Below, piece by piece: positions 50,392-60,883 of a stretch of 64,000 nucleotides of DNA. Origin of the DNA: Candidatus Bathyarchaeum tardum (GTDB lineage Archaea > Thermoproteota > Bathyarchaeia > Bathyarchaeales > Bathyarchaeaceae). Positions within the stretch are counted from its first letter, which is position 1. Each line of letters opens with the position of its first letter. A program made the translations under genes and the position numbers. Under the pieces are notes generated by a model. That model did no database searches. It worked only from the letters and a program-made list of their open reading frames with translations, and was not told the DNA's origin. The stretch lies in the NCBI GenBank assembly GCA_024650005.2, contig CP122380.1, positions 1,152,001 to 1,216,000 on the forward strand, read 5' to 3'.

Positions 50392-50943
50392 ATGAGTGTT
50401 AATAGTAAGCATAAGGTCTCAGGAAAAGTTTGGCTTGAATTTCGAGGAGATCCCCTTCTTGGAAAAGGTGGAGCTAAAATCTTAGAGGCCATACAACAAG
50501 TGGAATCTATTTCTAAAGCTGCAAAAAACACTGGAATGTCATACAGGTACGTCTGGAATTACTTGTCTAAATTAGAAAAAAGACTTGGAGAACCTGTAGT
50601 AACAACCTTCAAAGGCGGTAACAAAGGAGGCGGAGGCGCAAAACTAACAGATCTTGGTATTACATTAATCAATGAATACATACGAGCCGAAGAACAAATG
50701 ACAAAAACTATAGGAAAACAAGCAGTTGAAGACGAGAAAACTACAATAACAACCTGTTTTCTAGCAAAAATTGGAAATTTGGGCACAAAAAATACAGGAG
50801 TTATTGAAGTAGACTTAGAACATCCTAGAAACTTAACTTTGGTTCTGCCCAAAAAAACAGTTGAAGACCTTGATTTACAACCTAATGATGAAATTGACGT
50901 CAAAATTAAAACCAGAGCAATTAATATCACAAAAAACCGATAA
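50392..50943 (+). CDS. ModE-family regulator (wHTH plus TOBE-like domain)
   Basis: SISKAAKNTGMSYRYVW, GGNKGGGGAKLT. Confidence 0.85.
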   Translation: MSVNSKHKVSGKVWLEFRGDPLLGKGGAKILEAIQQVESISKAAKNTGMSYRYVWNYLSKLEKRLGEPVVTTFKGGNKGGGGAKLTDLGITLINEYIRAEEQMTKTIGKQAVEDEKTTITTCFLAKIGNLGTKNTGVIEVDLEHPRNLTLVLPKKTVEDLDLQPNDEIDVKIKTRAINITKNR

Positions 50944-50976
50944 ACACCAAGTTTTTTGGATAATATTTATGTTGAA

Positions 50977-50996
50977 TGGATACAAAAGCATCAACA
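50977..50996 (+). repeat. Site A of a 19-20 bp dispersed repeat
   Basis: TGGATACAAAAGCATCAACA, identical to 55721-55740. Confidence 0.85.
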
Positions 50997-51091
50997 CAAG
51001 TCCCTGAAATTGCTCCCTGATCTTTTAATCTACGACGGCAACGTTTTTACTGGAAACTAATAATATTTTAATTGTCTGGGAGAAAACAAAA

Positions 51092-51496
51092 ATGAAAGTA
51101 GTTAATGAAAAAATAGTTTTTTCCACCAAAGGGGAAATAGAATTCAAAGACCTTACTGAAAAAGTTCATGACGTAGTAAAAAAATCAGGAATCAAAAATG
51201 GACTAGTTCACGTTTTTGCTCCACACGCAACTGGAGTACTTATTTTAACTGAACACGAACCAAATCTAGATGCTGACGTTAAAATTTTTCTTGAAAAAAT
51301 AATTCCTAAACATGCAAATTATCGCCACCCTTCCAATGCTCATTCGCACCTTCGCTCAATGCTGTTGAGCCCTGACAAAACCCTTCCCATTATCGATGGA
51401 CAAGTAATCTTTGGCACATGGCAATCTTTAGTTTTTGTAGAGACCGACGTGTACTCTCGACAAAGGACAATAATTATGCAAGTATTAGGCGAATAA
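51092..51496 (+). CDS. yjbQ: YjbQ/UPF0047 family protein
   Basis: PHATG, NAHSHLRS, GTWQ. Confidence 0.9.
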   Translation: MKVVNEKIVFSTKGEIEFKDLTEKVHDVVKKSGIKNGLVHVFAPHATGVLILTEHEPNLDADVKIFLEKIIPKHANYRHPSNAHSHLRSMLLSPDKTLPIIDGQVIFGTWQSLVFVETDVYSRQRTIIMQVLGE

Positions 51497-52355
51497 AATC
51501 TGAAAAATTACGTTTAGCTACGAAGCTTAAATACTCAAATAATTGGACAAAAAATAAGATTAATATCCGCCAAAACCAGCTCAAACTAAAGCAATTATAT
51601 CCTTGATTCGTCGTAAAATACCCTGCTTTTTAACATCAGTCTTGTTAAAATCAGGCATTTTAAACTTTTATAAGCTATTTGATTTTCTTAAAACATCCAT
51701 TACTATTAAAAACCTAAATTTGCTCACAAATAAATTATACGGAAAATTCGAAATTTGACGAAGGCTTACAATGTTTACATAAACCAGTTAATTTTAAGAT
51801 GAAAAAAATAAACTTTTACATCCTATGTCGAAACACCAAAATTTTGACGTGATATTCTGGTTAACTAAACTAATTAATGACCGAATACGACCGAAATCTG
51901 GCAACAAAAAATAAAGTACACGAGGCAACAAAATTTCCAATTTTTGATCTTAAAAATTGCAAAAAACCAGTTACGTTTTACTTTGTTATCTTGACAATGG
52001 CCTTCAGAGGGTAAAATAACAGCAAACTAGCAATATTTTCAACGCCTTGCATACATATTTGTAATCATTATGCTAAAAACTGGAAAGGTTCGATTGTGTT
52101 CGCACTTTTTATTTCTTAGTAATTGTCGAAAAGTAAGTTACATAATTAAAAAACAGTAAAAACGACTGTATTATTACTGGGATAATTGAGTAAAATATTG
52201 AAAATGGGCTTTTTTTGGAAAAAACAAAGATATGCAAAATCTTTTTCCATTAAATACTCTTTGAAACATTCATCTGTGTTAAGTATTTTGCTGTTCAAAG
52301 CTGGCTTAAACGTCAGAATTTTTTAACATTTAAGCTTCGATATTATTCGTTTAAT

Positions 52356-53534
52356 TTACTTGATATGAAGTTCTATTGTGTCTCCATCTTCAAGAACAAA
52401 ACTGCCCCCAACCTTTTGGGGGCTAAAACGTAGCCTTTTTCCCCAAATTTTGGCGTATGAAAATTGTTCGTAAAAATCGCTGTGTATTCTTTTGGCTAAA
52501 TCATAGACTGTTGAACCTTTTTTGATAGTAAATGGCCTAGGAGAAGCGTCTTTTTTGTTGGGTTCTTTGGTGTAGACCCTAATAATGTCAAGCATTCCAA
52601 AAATTTCAGAGCCTAAATCTTTTATTCCCTCTTTTGTGACGCAAGAAACACCAATAACTTTCATCTTGTTACCTACCTTCTTTTTCAACAACTCTAAGCG
52701 TTCGGCAGCCAAAGGATGATCAGACTTATTAGCGATAATTATTGCAGGACGGTACACTTTTCTTTCAAAAACTGCTTCTTCAATATCATCAAGAGTAGCT
52801 TCACCCCAAATTTTGATTGTAGCATCCCGTATTCCATAGCTTTTCAAAAGTTGTGTCAAGTCCTTTACAGTACAATCAATTAATTTGCCTAAAACAATAA
52901 ACTTCAACTTGGCACCCATGTGTTTTTTTTCAATTTCAATACGTGCCTTAGGTCTTTTAGTAAGAATTTTTGATTTTTCTAGCTCACTTAAAATTAGCGA
53001 AAGCTGTTCAACAGGATCTTGAGACAAATCAACCATCAGAACAAGACCATCAGCGTTTCGGGCAGAAGTTAGCGTTTGTAGACCCCAAGCTCCCCCTTCA
53101 GAGGAACCTTCCATAATTGCGGGTGTTTCAACCATCTGTAATTGTAAATCTTTATAATGAAACATCCCAGGTGTCGGCTCGGTTGTGGTATAAGGGTAAT
53201 TCAAAATAGCTACTTTTGAGTTCGTAAGTGTTGACAGCAAACTACTACGCCCTACATTAGTCGGACCTAAAAGAACAATCTGAGAGTCCCCTTCTTTTTC
53301 AATAAAAACTTTTGGACCCGTTGCTGAACCTGTTTTTTTCTGTTTTTTTTCTTCAATCTCTTTTTTGAGTAATGAAATCTTCCTTTTAACTTGAGCACGA
53401 AGGTTTTCAGTTCCTTTGTGTTTTGGAAACATGCTCATGAATTCTTGGAGTTTCTTGATTTTTTCCTCAGGTTTCCTAGCAAGAGACGCTTCACGGTATT
53501 TATTTTTTGCTTCTGCAGGAAGATTTGCCGGCAT
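52356..53534 (-). CDS. DRG/OBG-family GTPase with a TGS domain
   Basis: MPANLP...PKHKGTE, GPTNVGRSS, YPYTT, ANKSD, IHSDF...LEDGD. Confidence 0.9.
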   Translation of the reverse strand: MPANLPAEAKNKYREASLARKPEEKIKKLQEFMSMFPKHKGTENLRAQVKRKISLLKKEIEEKKQKKTGSATGPKVFIEKEGDSQIVLLGPTNVGRSSLLSTLTNSKVAILNYPYTTTEPTPGMFHYKDLQLQMVETPAIMEGSSEGGAWGLQTLTSARNADGLVLMVDLSQDPVEQLSLILSELEKSKILTKRPKARIEIEKKHMGAKLKFIVLGKLIDCTVKDLTQLLKSYGIRDATIKIWGEATLDDIEEAVFERKVYRPAIIIANKSDHPLAAERLELLKKKVGNKMKVIGVSCVTKEGIKDLGSEIFGMLDIIRVYTKEPNKKDASPRPFTIKKGSTVYDLAKRIHSDFYEQFSYAKIWGKRLRFSPQKVGGSFVLEDGDTIELHIK

Positions 53535-53642
53535 GGTGTAATCATCTAGATAGTTAACGCGCTACAAAAAGAATATTATCTTTTCGAAAAATAACTACGT
53601 TAAAATCTATCTAATCAGACTAAAGTTACGAGGATAATAAAG

Positions 53643-54227
53643 TTGTCACCAAAACCGGATACATCTCATCACCTTTTTGACCCAAAGAATATCCATAGAT
53701 TAGAATCAAAAGAACGAAAAGCTACACAAGATCCCGAAATAATAATCAAGTTGTTAGACCTGAAATCAAATGATATCGTTGCAGACCTAGGAGCAGGAAC
53801 TGGATACTTTAGCATACCCATATCAAGCAGAGTAAAGCTCGTTTATGCAATTGATATCCAGCAGGAAATGTTAGATTACCTTAAACAAAAAATTGATCCA
53901 AATAAAAATTCTAACATTAGACTTATTCTTTCTAATGATGCAAATCAAGTCCCGTTGCAAAGTGAAAGTGTAGACTTTCTTTTGACTGTCAACACGTTAC
54001 ACGAGTTCCAAGATAAAGATACGATGATAACTGAAATTAAACGTGTTCTCAAACCAAAAGGAAAAACAGGTATAATTGATTTCAAAAAAGTTGATACAAT
54101 TTCTGGACCTCCTTTGTCTGTAAGGGTTTCACAACTGGATGCAATCAAGATGTTTGAGAACAATGGATTTACAAGTTTAAGCGTTCATGACCTTGCATCA
54201 AATTATTTACTTTTGTTCCAGAAATAG
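53643..54227 (+). CDS. Class I SAM-dependent methyltransferase
   Basis: VADLGAGTGYF, RVLKPKG. Confidence 0.88.
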   Translation: MSPKPDTSHHLFDPKNIHRLESKERKATQDPEIIIKLLDLKSNDIVADLGAGTGYFSIPISSRVKLVYAIDIQQEMLDYLKQKIDPNKNSNIRLILSNDANQVPLQSESVDFLLTVNTLHEFQDKDTMITEIKRVLKPKGKTGIIDFKKVDTISGPPLSVRVSQLDAIKMFENNGFTSLSVHDLASNYLLLFQK

Positions 54228-54245
54228 TGTTCCCCTATGGAGTTA

Positions 54246-54264
54246 TGTTGATGCTTTTGTATCC
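54246..54264 (-). repeat. Site B (inverted) of the dispersed repeat
   Basis: TGTTGATGCTTTTGTATCC is the reverse complement of GGATACAAAAGCATCAACA. Confidence 0.85.
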
Positions 54265-54597
54265 GTTTTATTTGTAGAAATCTTAACCCACGTTCTCGGC
54301 AGGTTTTGAAATGGTTTTTGTGGGTGAAAGCCCATCCCAATAATCATGTTTTTTAATCTCATTTCCAAACGTGGTGTTGTTTGTAACCTATTAACTAGGC
54401 AAATCAGCCCATTTTTATTAGTGTTAAGAGGCTTTCTAACATGTATTGGTGATGTTAGTGGTATGAGTATTATATAAAATAATTAATTCACTGACAATTT
54501 TTCTGTTCTCAAATAATCAATATTTTTTTCCGAAACACAAAGATCCTAACAGTTCTCACCATCTGTTAAGCTTAAATCTGTAGAATACAATAAAAAG

Positions 54598-55314
54598 ATG
54601 ACTGAAGGAAAACAAAAAATGGACGATTTATCACTGCCCGAAGTTGAAACAGTTCGCAAAAGAATTGAAACGACTAGAAAAAAAGAGGCAAAATTTTGTT
54701 TAATGGCTGCTTACTTGTTTTGTGCTCGAGCTTCAGAAATTGTAGGAACAACCAACAGTTATGATGTATCTCACAACCAAACCTTGGCTCGGGGTCCAAC
54801 AGGAAAAGATGTTAAAATTGAGAACTTTGAAGTTGGAGACATTAAAACCCAAGCCGCGGTCTTTACTGTTAGAACCGCAAAGCGTGATGGAAAAATACGA
54901 AAAATTGCGTTGCCTTTGGAAAAAGAGTTTGAACCGTGGACGGAACCTCTTTACATGTATTACCTTGAACACGAGGGTGGCAAAGTGTTTCCGTTCACGA
55001 GGCAAAAAGCTTGGAACTATGCGCAAGAAACATTTGATGGATTGAGATATCCTATCGAGAAATATAGCACCTACGATTCTGAAGAGAATAAACCAACGCC
55101 TGTAAAGTCACATATGAAGCCTTTCAGAACCCATGCTTTGCGCCATTTGCGGGCAACCGAATTAATTGAGAATTTCGGATTTACAGGATTTGACCTGTCA
55201 GTTTATGGGGGTTGGACACTTCGCAGCATGGTTGGTGTCGGGTCAGCAATGTCTAGATATGCTCATTTGGACTGGAGACGGTACTTCCCCAAATTGCTAA
55301 AGAAAAGGTTTTAA
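54598..55314 (+). CDS. Tyrosine recombinase/integrase (essentially catalytic domain only)
   Basis: ARASE (R), TAKR (K), HALRH (HxxR), GGW (H/W), MSRYAHL (Y). Confidence 0.85.
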   Translation: MTEGKQKMDDLSLPEVETVRKRIETTRKKEAKFCLMAAYLFCARASEIVGTTNSYDVSHNQTLARGPTGKDVKIENFEVGDIKTQAAVFTVRTAKRDGKIRKIALPLEKEFEPWTEPLYMYYLEHEGGKVFPFTRQKAWNYAQETFDGLRYPIEKYSTYDSEENKPTPVKSHMKPFRTHALRHLRATELIENFGFTGFDLSVYGGWTLRSMVGVGSAMSRYAHLDWRRYFPKLLKKRF

Positions 55315-55720
55315 ACTATTCAAATAAATCATGTTTTTGGATTACTTTACTGAATCATTTTTTGCACCCCAATTACATACCTGAAAAATGTTAAAACAAT
55401 ATGTCAAATAGTTCGAAGTTAACATTTTAATGTTAAAATCAGGATGTCCTAACAGTTTCGTCAAACTGTTAGATCTATGGATAATGCATTTTTAAAACTA
55501 ATAAAAAAATGACCCTCAAAAAAATACATTGAATATTATGTAAAAAAGCACTGAACAGGTTATTTCCAAAAAAATTGAAATGTTCCAAGATCAACAATGT
55601 ACACTCAGGTTTTTTACATGAAAAAGGTATGCCTGTGAGATGTAAAATATACTAGTGTTTCATTACTTGTTTTTGCATAACAAGCGATCTGCTGAACTAA
55701 TAGACCCCGTTCTTGACCTG

Positions 55721-55740
55721 TGGATACAAAAGCATCAACA
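55721..55740 (+). repeat. Site C of the dispersed repeat
   Basis: TGGATACAAAAGCATCAACA. Confidence 0.85.
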
Positions 55741-55851
55741 AACTCCACGTATTTTTTCGTTAGTTTACATTCAATGAGTGTACCACAATGCTTTCAAATT
55801 GTATTCAACCAACCTTTGAACACTTGAAACGCTAAAGTTAGCAGGTGACAA

Positions 55852-56535
55852 ATGATGACCGAAAAAATTGTTGTTGCTTCTTTGGTGTGCAAACACTTTG
55901 AAATTGAAGATGAAGTTGTCAGAGCACTCAATAGCATAAATCTAAGGATTAACCCAGGTGAATTCATTTGTTTATATGGACCTTCGGGTGCTGGAAAAAC
56001 AACTTTGCTCAACATAATTGGCGGATTAGACAAACCAACATCTGGAAAAATTTTGGTATTTGACCATGACCTTGGAACATACGATGAAGACTTTTTGGCT
56101 ACCTTTCGGGCTACCCATATCGGATTTGTTTTTCAATCCTACAATTTAATCTCAACTTTAACAGCTAAAGAAAACATCGCGTTTGCTATGGAATTAGCAG
56201 GCTGGAAAAACAATCGAATTAACGAGCGATCGGACTTGCTGCTAAAGATGATTGGGTTAGAAAGACGCAAAAATCATTTTCCTGCTCAACTCAGCGGAGG
56301 TGAACGCCAACGGATAGCCTTTGCTCGTGCACTAGCGAATGAGCCACCTTTGCTTCTTGCAGATGAGCCAACCGGAAACTTAGACCCTGAAACAGGTCTA
56401 GAAATTTTTCGGATTCTTGAACAGATTAAGACTGATGGAAAGACAGTTATTGTTGCCACGCATGACCAAAGACTACTGAAACTAGCTAGCCGTTCTTTTC
56501 ATATCAAGGAGGGGAGGCTCATACAATATGAGTGA
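55852..56535 (+). CDS. ABC transporter ATP-binding protein (LolD-like)
   Basis: GPSGAGKT, LSGGERQR, LADEPTGNLD. Confidence 0.93.
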   Translation: MMTEKIVVASLVCKHFEIEDEVVRALNSINLRINPGEFICLYGPSGAGKTTLLNIIGGLDKPTSGKILVFDHDLGTYDEDFLATFRATHIGFVFQSYNLISTLTAKENIAFAMELAGWKNNRINERSDLLLKMIGLERRKNHFPAQLSGGERQRIAFARALANEPPLLLADEPTGNLDPETGLEIFRILEQIKTDGKTVIVATHDQRLLKLASRSFHIKEGRLIQYE

Positions 56536-58399
56536 AATAGGTTTTCCCCTGAAAGATTTGACTAGGAGAAAACAGCAAACAACTTTGACTTTTGTTGGTT
56601 TAACTATAACCCTATCAGCGACAGTTTTTTTGATCCTTTTTGGAACTAACTTGGGTTTTGAAATTTCGCTGTTCACGCAAAGTAACCAATTAACTTCTGG
56701 ATTTAACAGCATTTTTTCTCAATTTATTCTGACAGTCCTTATTTTGAACATTTTAACTGGTCTAATAGTAACATCATTTCTTGTTTATCTGATAATGTCT
56801 ACCCGTATGAAAGACATAGGAATAATGAAAGCTTCAGGCTGTCTAGAAAATTCGGTTTTTTCTTACTTCTTTACTGAAATCTCATTGATAGTGATATTTA
56901 GCACACTAATTGGAACATGTTTAGGAATAATAAGTTATTATTGTTCTACATTTTTTCTAAACGTTACAGGCTTTTCGATTTCACAAAATCTTAACATTGC
57001 TGCGATAATTTTAGTTGGGGGTATTTCAATCATTTTTTCTCATTTTTTTGGTGCATTACCATTAAAAAAGGCGGCAAAAGCAAAACCGTTGGATGCAATG
57101 TCATCTACATACCAACAAGAATCAAACGTTAGTGTGGGCGAAAATTTTCCTTCAAAGCTTGGGTTCTGCCTTAAAGTAGTTTACCGTAACTTAGTTCGCA
57201 GACAATCATCAACAATCCAAGCAATAATATGTTTAACAGCGGTTTTTACCTTGATTACTGTAATAATTGCAGGCGGTTTAATCGCCAATGAAACAACTTT
57301 AAGCTATGTTGAACGGGCAATAGGTAAAAACGTCGTTATTTTGGGTCATTCAACAGTTACGGGACGTTATGTTGATTTGCTTTCTGAACTTTTTGAGTCT
57401 AAACCGGTTGAACAACTCGATTATTTAGACTCAAAATATGCAATTTCAGAACAGTTTGTGGGAAAATTGGAAACTATCCACGGCGTAACTGCAGTTGATG
57501 CGCGGTTAATATTAGAAACCCAAGTTAGGGAGGGTCTGGGAGTTGTACTTGATCCAATAGAAAAATCAGAAGCGATACTGATTGGAGGTAACCGAACAAA
57601 CGATGCACTTGTTCTAGGTATTCACCCCGAAAGAGTGGTTAACGATTGGCTTTTTTACGGTAAAAAGGTAGGGGTAAATGACCAAAATGTTGCGATGATT
57701 GGCGATTCACTGGCTAGCAACATGTTTGATGATGCTACAAATCAAAGGATTCGAGTTTTTGAACAAAGCAAAGTGCCCTACGACGTAATAGGGGTATGTG
57801 TTGATCCCCTTAACAATGGAAAAGTTGTGTATGTACCCCTAAAAACAATGTACAACGACACTGGAAAGAATGGGTATAACCTTGTTTTCCTTAAACTTGA
57901 TTATTTAGTAAACCCTCAGGTTCTTCAACAAATTACGGAAATTGTGTCTAACGAAAATCTAGATGTTGTTGAGCTTGATTTTGTTCTTAATAACCATACA
58001 CGCTTTTTGAATAATATATGGTCGTTAGTAATGTTTTTGCCCCTTTTCACTGTGGTGACAGCAGTAATTGCGCTTTTCAGTTACCTAAATTTGATGATTA
58101 CTGGGCAACAACACGAATTTGGAGTCATGAAAGCGTTAGGTGCAAAACAAAAAACCGTTTCAAAAATCATTTTTTGTCACGCAACAATAATAATCTTAAT
58201 CAGTGGATTAATTGGAATTTTTGGAGGGTTATTTATTACTATTGGCTTTTTATTTCCAGACCCTGTTATTTCCCATTTAACAGTCATTTCTGTTTTCATT
58301 TTGTTAGTAAGCATATTGGGTTTACTTTGTGTTTCCAGTTTGTATCCTGCATTAAAAGCAGCAAACAAAGATGTTCTTGATGCAATTTATTCAATTTAA
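56528..58399 (+). CDS. FtsX-like ABC permease (two FtsX domains)
   Basis: RMKDIGIMKASG and QHEFGVMKALGA motifs; multiple TM helices. Confidence 0.88.
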   Translation: MSEIGFPLKDLTRRKQQTTLTFVGLTITLSATVFLILFGTNLGFEISLFTQSNQLTSGFNSIFSQFILTVLILNILTGLIVTSFLVYLIMSTRMKDIGIMKASGCLENSVFSYFFTEISLIVIFSTLIGTCLGIISYYCSTFFLNVTGFSISQNLNIAAIILVGGISIIFSHFFGALPLKKAAKAKPLDAMSSTYQQESNVSVGENFPSKLGFCLKVVYRNLVRRQSSTIQAIICLTAVFTLITVIIAGGLIANETTLSYVERAIGKNVVILGHSTVTGRYVDLLSELFESKPVEQLDYLDSKYAISEQFVGKLETIHGVTAVDARLILETQVREGLGVVLDPIEKSEAILIGGNRTNDALVLGIHPERVVNDWLFYGKKVGVNDQNVAMIGDSLASNMFDDATNQRIRVFEQSKVPYDVIGVCVDPLNNGKVVYVPLKTMYNDTGKNGYNLVFLKLDYLVNPQVLQQITEIVSNENLDVVELDFVLNNHTRFLNNIWSLVMFLPLFTVVTAVIALFSYLNLMITGQQHEFGVMKALGAKQKTVSKIIFCHATIIILISGLIGIFGGLFITIGFLFPDPVISHLTVISVFILLVSILGLLCVSSLYPALKAANKDVLDAIYSI

Positions 58400-58409
58400 T
58401 AGAAGTGAA

Positions 58410-59132
58410 TTATGTGTTATCCTCAGAATAATCTGATATTTTAGGTCCAAGATTAGCTCGAAAATGAACTAATTCTTTTTGGTGTCCTAAAAATTCATCA
58501 ACAAAGTTTTGAAGTTGCAGAATTGGTACCACGGGTACTTTATTGTAAAATTTCACTGGACCTGGAAACAAAGAAAGTATAGCAGGAAATAATGTTGCTT
58601 GAGTCCAGTTGTTTAAGCCTAATTTTTTTTGCATGAAATCAAATGAATTTGCTAGGGCTTGTGTTCTTTGTGCTTGTTCAGCAGCAACACGGGTTATTGA
58701 TGAATTTCCCCAACCCCGTCGCCACCGTTTACAATCTACGGAAACAATAATTGGTTCACTATGTGCTACGACGTCAATTTCCCATCTTCGTTGTGCTGCT
58801 TTGAATCTGAAATTTCTCTTGACAACAAAATTGTTTTTTTCAAAATTTTTAGCAACAAAGTTTTCAAATTCTTTCCATTCAAGAACTTTACAGACTTGTT
58901 CAACGTCAGTTCCTTGGTTGATGGCATAAAGAGCTAATTTGACACGTTGGCTTGAAGAAAGTTCAATTTGTTCATTATCATATTCGATTAAATCATGCTC
59001 ATAAAGCCCATTTAAGATATTGTTTGCTACTTGAACTGGAACTTTTGCTTCACGAGAAACAATCTGTTTAACAACAGGCTTATCTGTTGTGTACTTAAGT
59101 AACGTAATAATTACGTCTGTTTGAGTAGTCAT
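58410..59132 (-). CDS. Restriction-endonuclease-like (Mrr/NERD-like) protein
   Basis: WKEFENFV...EIDVVA...VDCKRW. Confidence 0.7.
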   Translation of the reverse strand: MTTQTDVIITLLKYTTDKPVVKQIVSREAKVPVQVANNILNGLYEHDLIEYDNEQIELSSSQRVKLALYAINQGTDVEQVCKVLEWKEFENFVAKNFEKNNFVVKRNFRFKAAQRRWEIDVVAHSEPIIVSVDCKRWRRGWGNSSITRVAAEQAQRTQALANSFDFMQKKLGLNNWTQATLFPAILSLFPGPVKFYNKVPVVPILQLQNFVDEFLGHQKELVHFRANLGPKISDYSEDNT

Positions 59133-59148
59133 ATTTTTTTTCCAAAAA

Positions 59149-59907
59149 TCAAATGAATAAGTCGTCTTGGGGAGATCTCGTCATTATTGTTGCGTTTGCT
59201 GTTTCAGATTTCGGATAATCATATCCACGGATTATTGCAACAGGCATTCCTTCATTTGTTTGTCCAATTACTAATTCAGCGGCAGAAGCTAATTCATCTG
59301 CGATTGCAGTTCTTTTTATCCTGATTGTGTATCCAAAAAGGTCGATTTCACCCCGGCGATCTCGTAACGGTTCAAAGCCTGATGTTCCTAAGGCTATGTT
59401 TATTTCACCGTGCCGAAGGGGGCGACCATGTGTGTCAGAAACAATTACAGCTACATCTTTTGCTGTTATTTCATTTATACGTTTACGAATCTTTTGAGCA
59501 GACAGATCTGAATCCTCAGGTAAAGGTGCTACAATGTCATTTCCAGCAACATTAGATTGATCAATTCCTGAATTTGCGCAAACAATTCCATGTTTTGTTT
59601 CTGTGATTAGTTTGCCTTTTCTCATGCGGACAATACTTTTTGATTCTCTAAGGACAACTTCAACTAGACGCGGATCTTTATCTGATGTTTGTGCAATAGT
59701 TTCAGCAAATTTAGAAGGAGTTATTGTGTTAAGATCCACTATTTTTCCTTCTGCCCGTGACACAATAACATGGGTAACTACTATTACGTCACCATTTTTG
59801 ATGTGAGTTCCTTGATTTTCTGCAGCTTCACAGATTAACCGAGCTAAATCGTCTCCTTCTTTTATAATGGGCAACCCAGTTACTGGAAAAATTTCAACTT
59901 TGTTCAA
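59149..59907 (-). CDS. cofE: Coenzyme F420-0:L-glutamate ligase
   Basis: VSRAEG, ANSGIDQSN, SDTHGRPLR, ADELASAA. Confidence 0.92.
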   Translation of the reverse strand: MNKVEIFPVTGLPIIKEGDDLARLICEAAENQGTHIKNGDVIVVTHVIVSRAEGKIVDLNTITPSKFAETIAQTSDKDPRLVEVVLRESKSIVRMRKGKLITETKHGIVCANSGIDQSNVAGNDIVAPLPEDSDLSAQKIRKRINEITAKDVAVIVSDTHGRPLRHGEINIALGTSGFEPLRDRRGEIDLFGYTIRIKRTAIADELASAAELVIGQTNEGMPVAIIRGYDYPKSETANATIMTRSPQDDLFI

Positions 59908-60181
59908 TGAATGAGCCTCTTCAATGGAGTAAACACGGAGGGTTTAATATCATTCGATGCGCTAAACAATAGAAAGATGCGTAATCATGATTATTATGAA
60001 AAGTCATGCACTACATTTTTTATACCTTAATGGCAAATTGAACCTAATATGGGGTAAAAAATTTGAATCAAGTTTTAGGGATTTAATTATAAATGTATAA
60101 TACGCAGATATCATTTTACTCTAAAAGCACATTTCTTGTCAAGATTTGACTTGAGAATCATTGCAGCATATAAACGATAGG

Positions 60182-60883
60182 TTAATTCAAAAAAATTTCC
60201 ACTTTTTTTAGGTCTTGAAGCGTATTTACATTAAAAAAGCTATTCAGTTTAGGGTCCAATTGTTGTAATGCTACAGTTGAGATGTATCTTATTTGGTTAA
60301 GATTTTCAATCATTGAACGCATGTCCAAGTGTTTTTGGAGCAATGCTTTTTTTGCAGCAATTAAAGTAGGCTCTGTACGATATACTGCCTGAAGAGGTTC
60401 AAGGTAACCACTTGGCCATCGAGGAATTACAGCATTTTTATCGTAACTTAATTCGAAAAGAAGTTGCACTACCTTTGTTGAAACTAACGGGGCATCACAT
60501 GGGAGAAGTACAGAAACATTTCCAGTAGCTACTGAAAAACCAGTTATTGTACCTATTAGTGGACTTTGAGATTCATCTTCATCAATTATTATTTTTGTAT
60601 TTTCTCCTACGATCGGTTCAAAATTTATTTTCTGTTGTTCAGAGCTTACAACAACTAAAATTTCATCAACCACTGTGGAAACGTTATCAATTACATGCCG
60701 CACAAGAGGTTTATTCTTCAAAAGAACCAGTCCTTTATCGCTACCAAATCTTCGTGAGAAACCTCCCGCCAGAATTATCGCTGATTTTTTCAACGTTATC
60801 TCGACCACGATGTAACCTTTAGCTATTATTCTTTTCTTTACCTGAAATAACCTCATAAGCGTCTTGTTCGGCTTTTCGAACAA
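60182..60883 (-). CDS. mobA: Molybdenum cofactor guanylyltransferase (true start probably downstream)
   Basis: ILAGGFSRRFGSDKG, LPCDAP, EPLQAVY, FFNVNT. Confidence 0.9.
   Translation of the reverse strand: MFEKPNKTLMRLFQVKKRIIAKGYIVVEITLKKSAIILAGGFSRRFGSDKGLVLLKNKPLVRHVIDNVSTVVDEILVVVSSEQQKINFEPIVGENTKIIIDEDESQSPLIGTITGFSVATGNVSVLLPCDAPLVSTKVVQLLFELSYDKNAVIPRWPSGYLEPLQAVYRTEPTLIAAKKALLQKHLDMRSMIENLNQIRYISTVALQQLDPKLNSFFNVNTLQDLKKVEIFLN

Noticed and set aside
51500-52350. Long intergenic region as an RNA gene or origin (also 47200-47950 and 60900-61500)
   Set aside because: AT-rich, with no tRNA/rRNA/SRP/RNase P signature, no ORB repeats and no supportable ORF
60138-60155. GTCAAG...CTTGA-like sites at 60138 and about 2906 as further operator copies
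   Set aside because: The spacer is 6 rather than 4 nt and the position relative to a TATA box does not match
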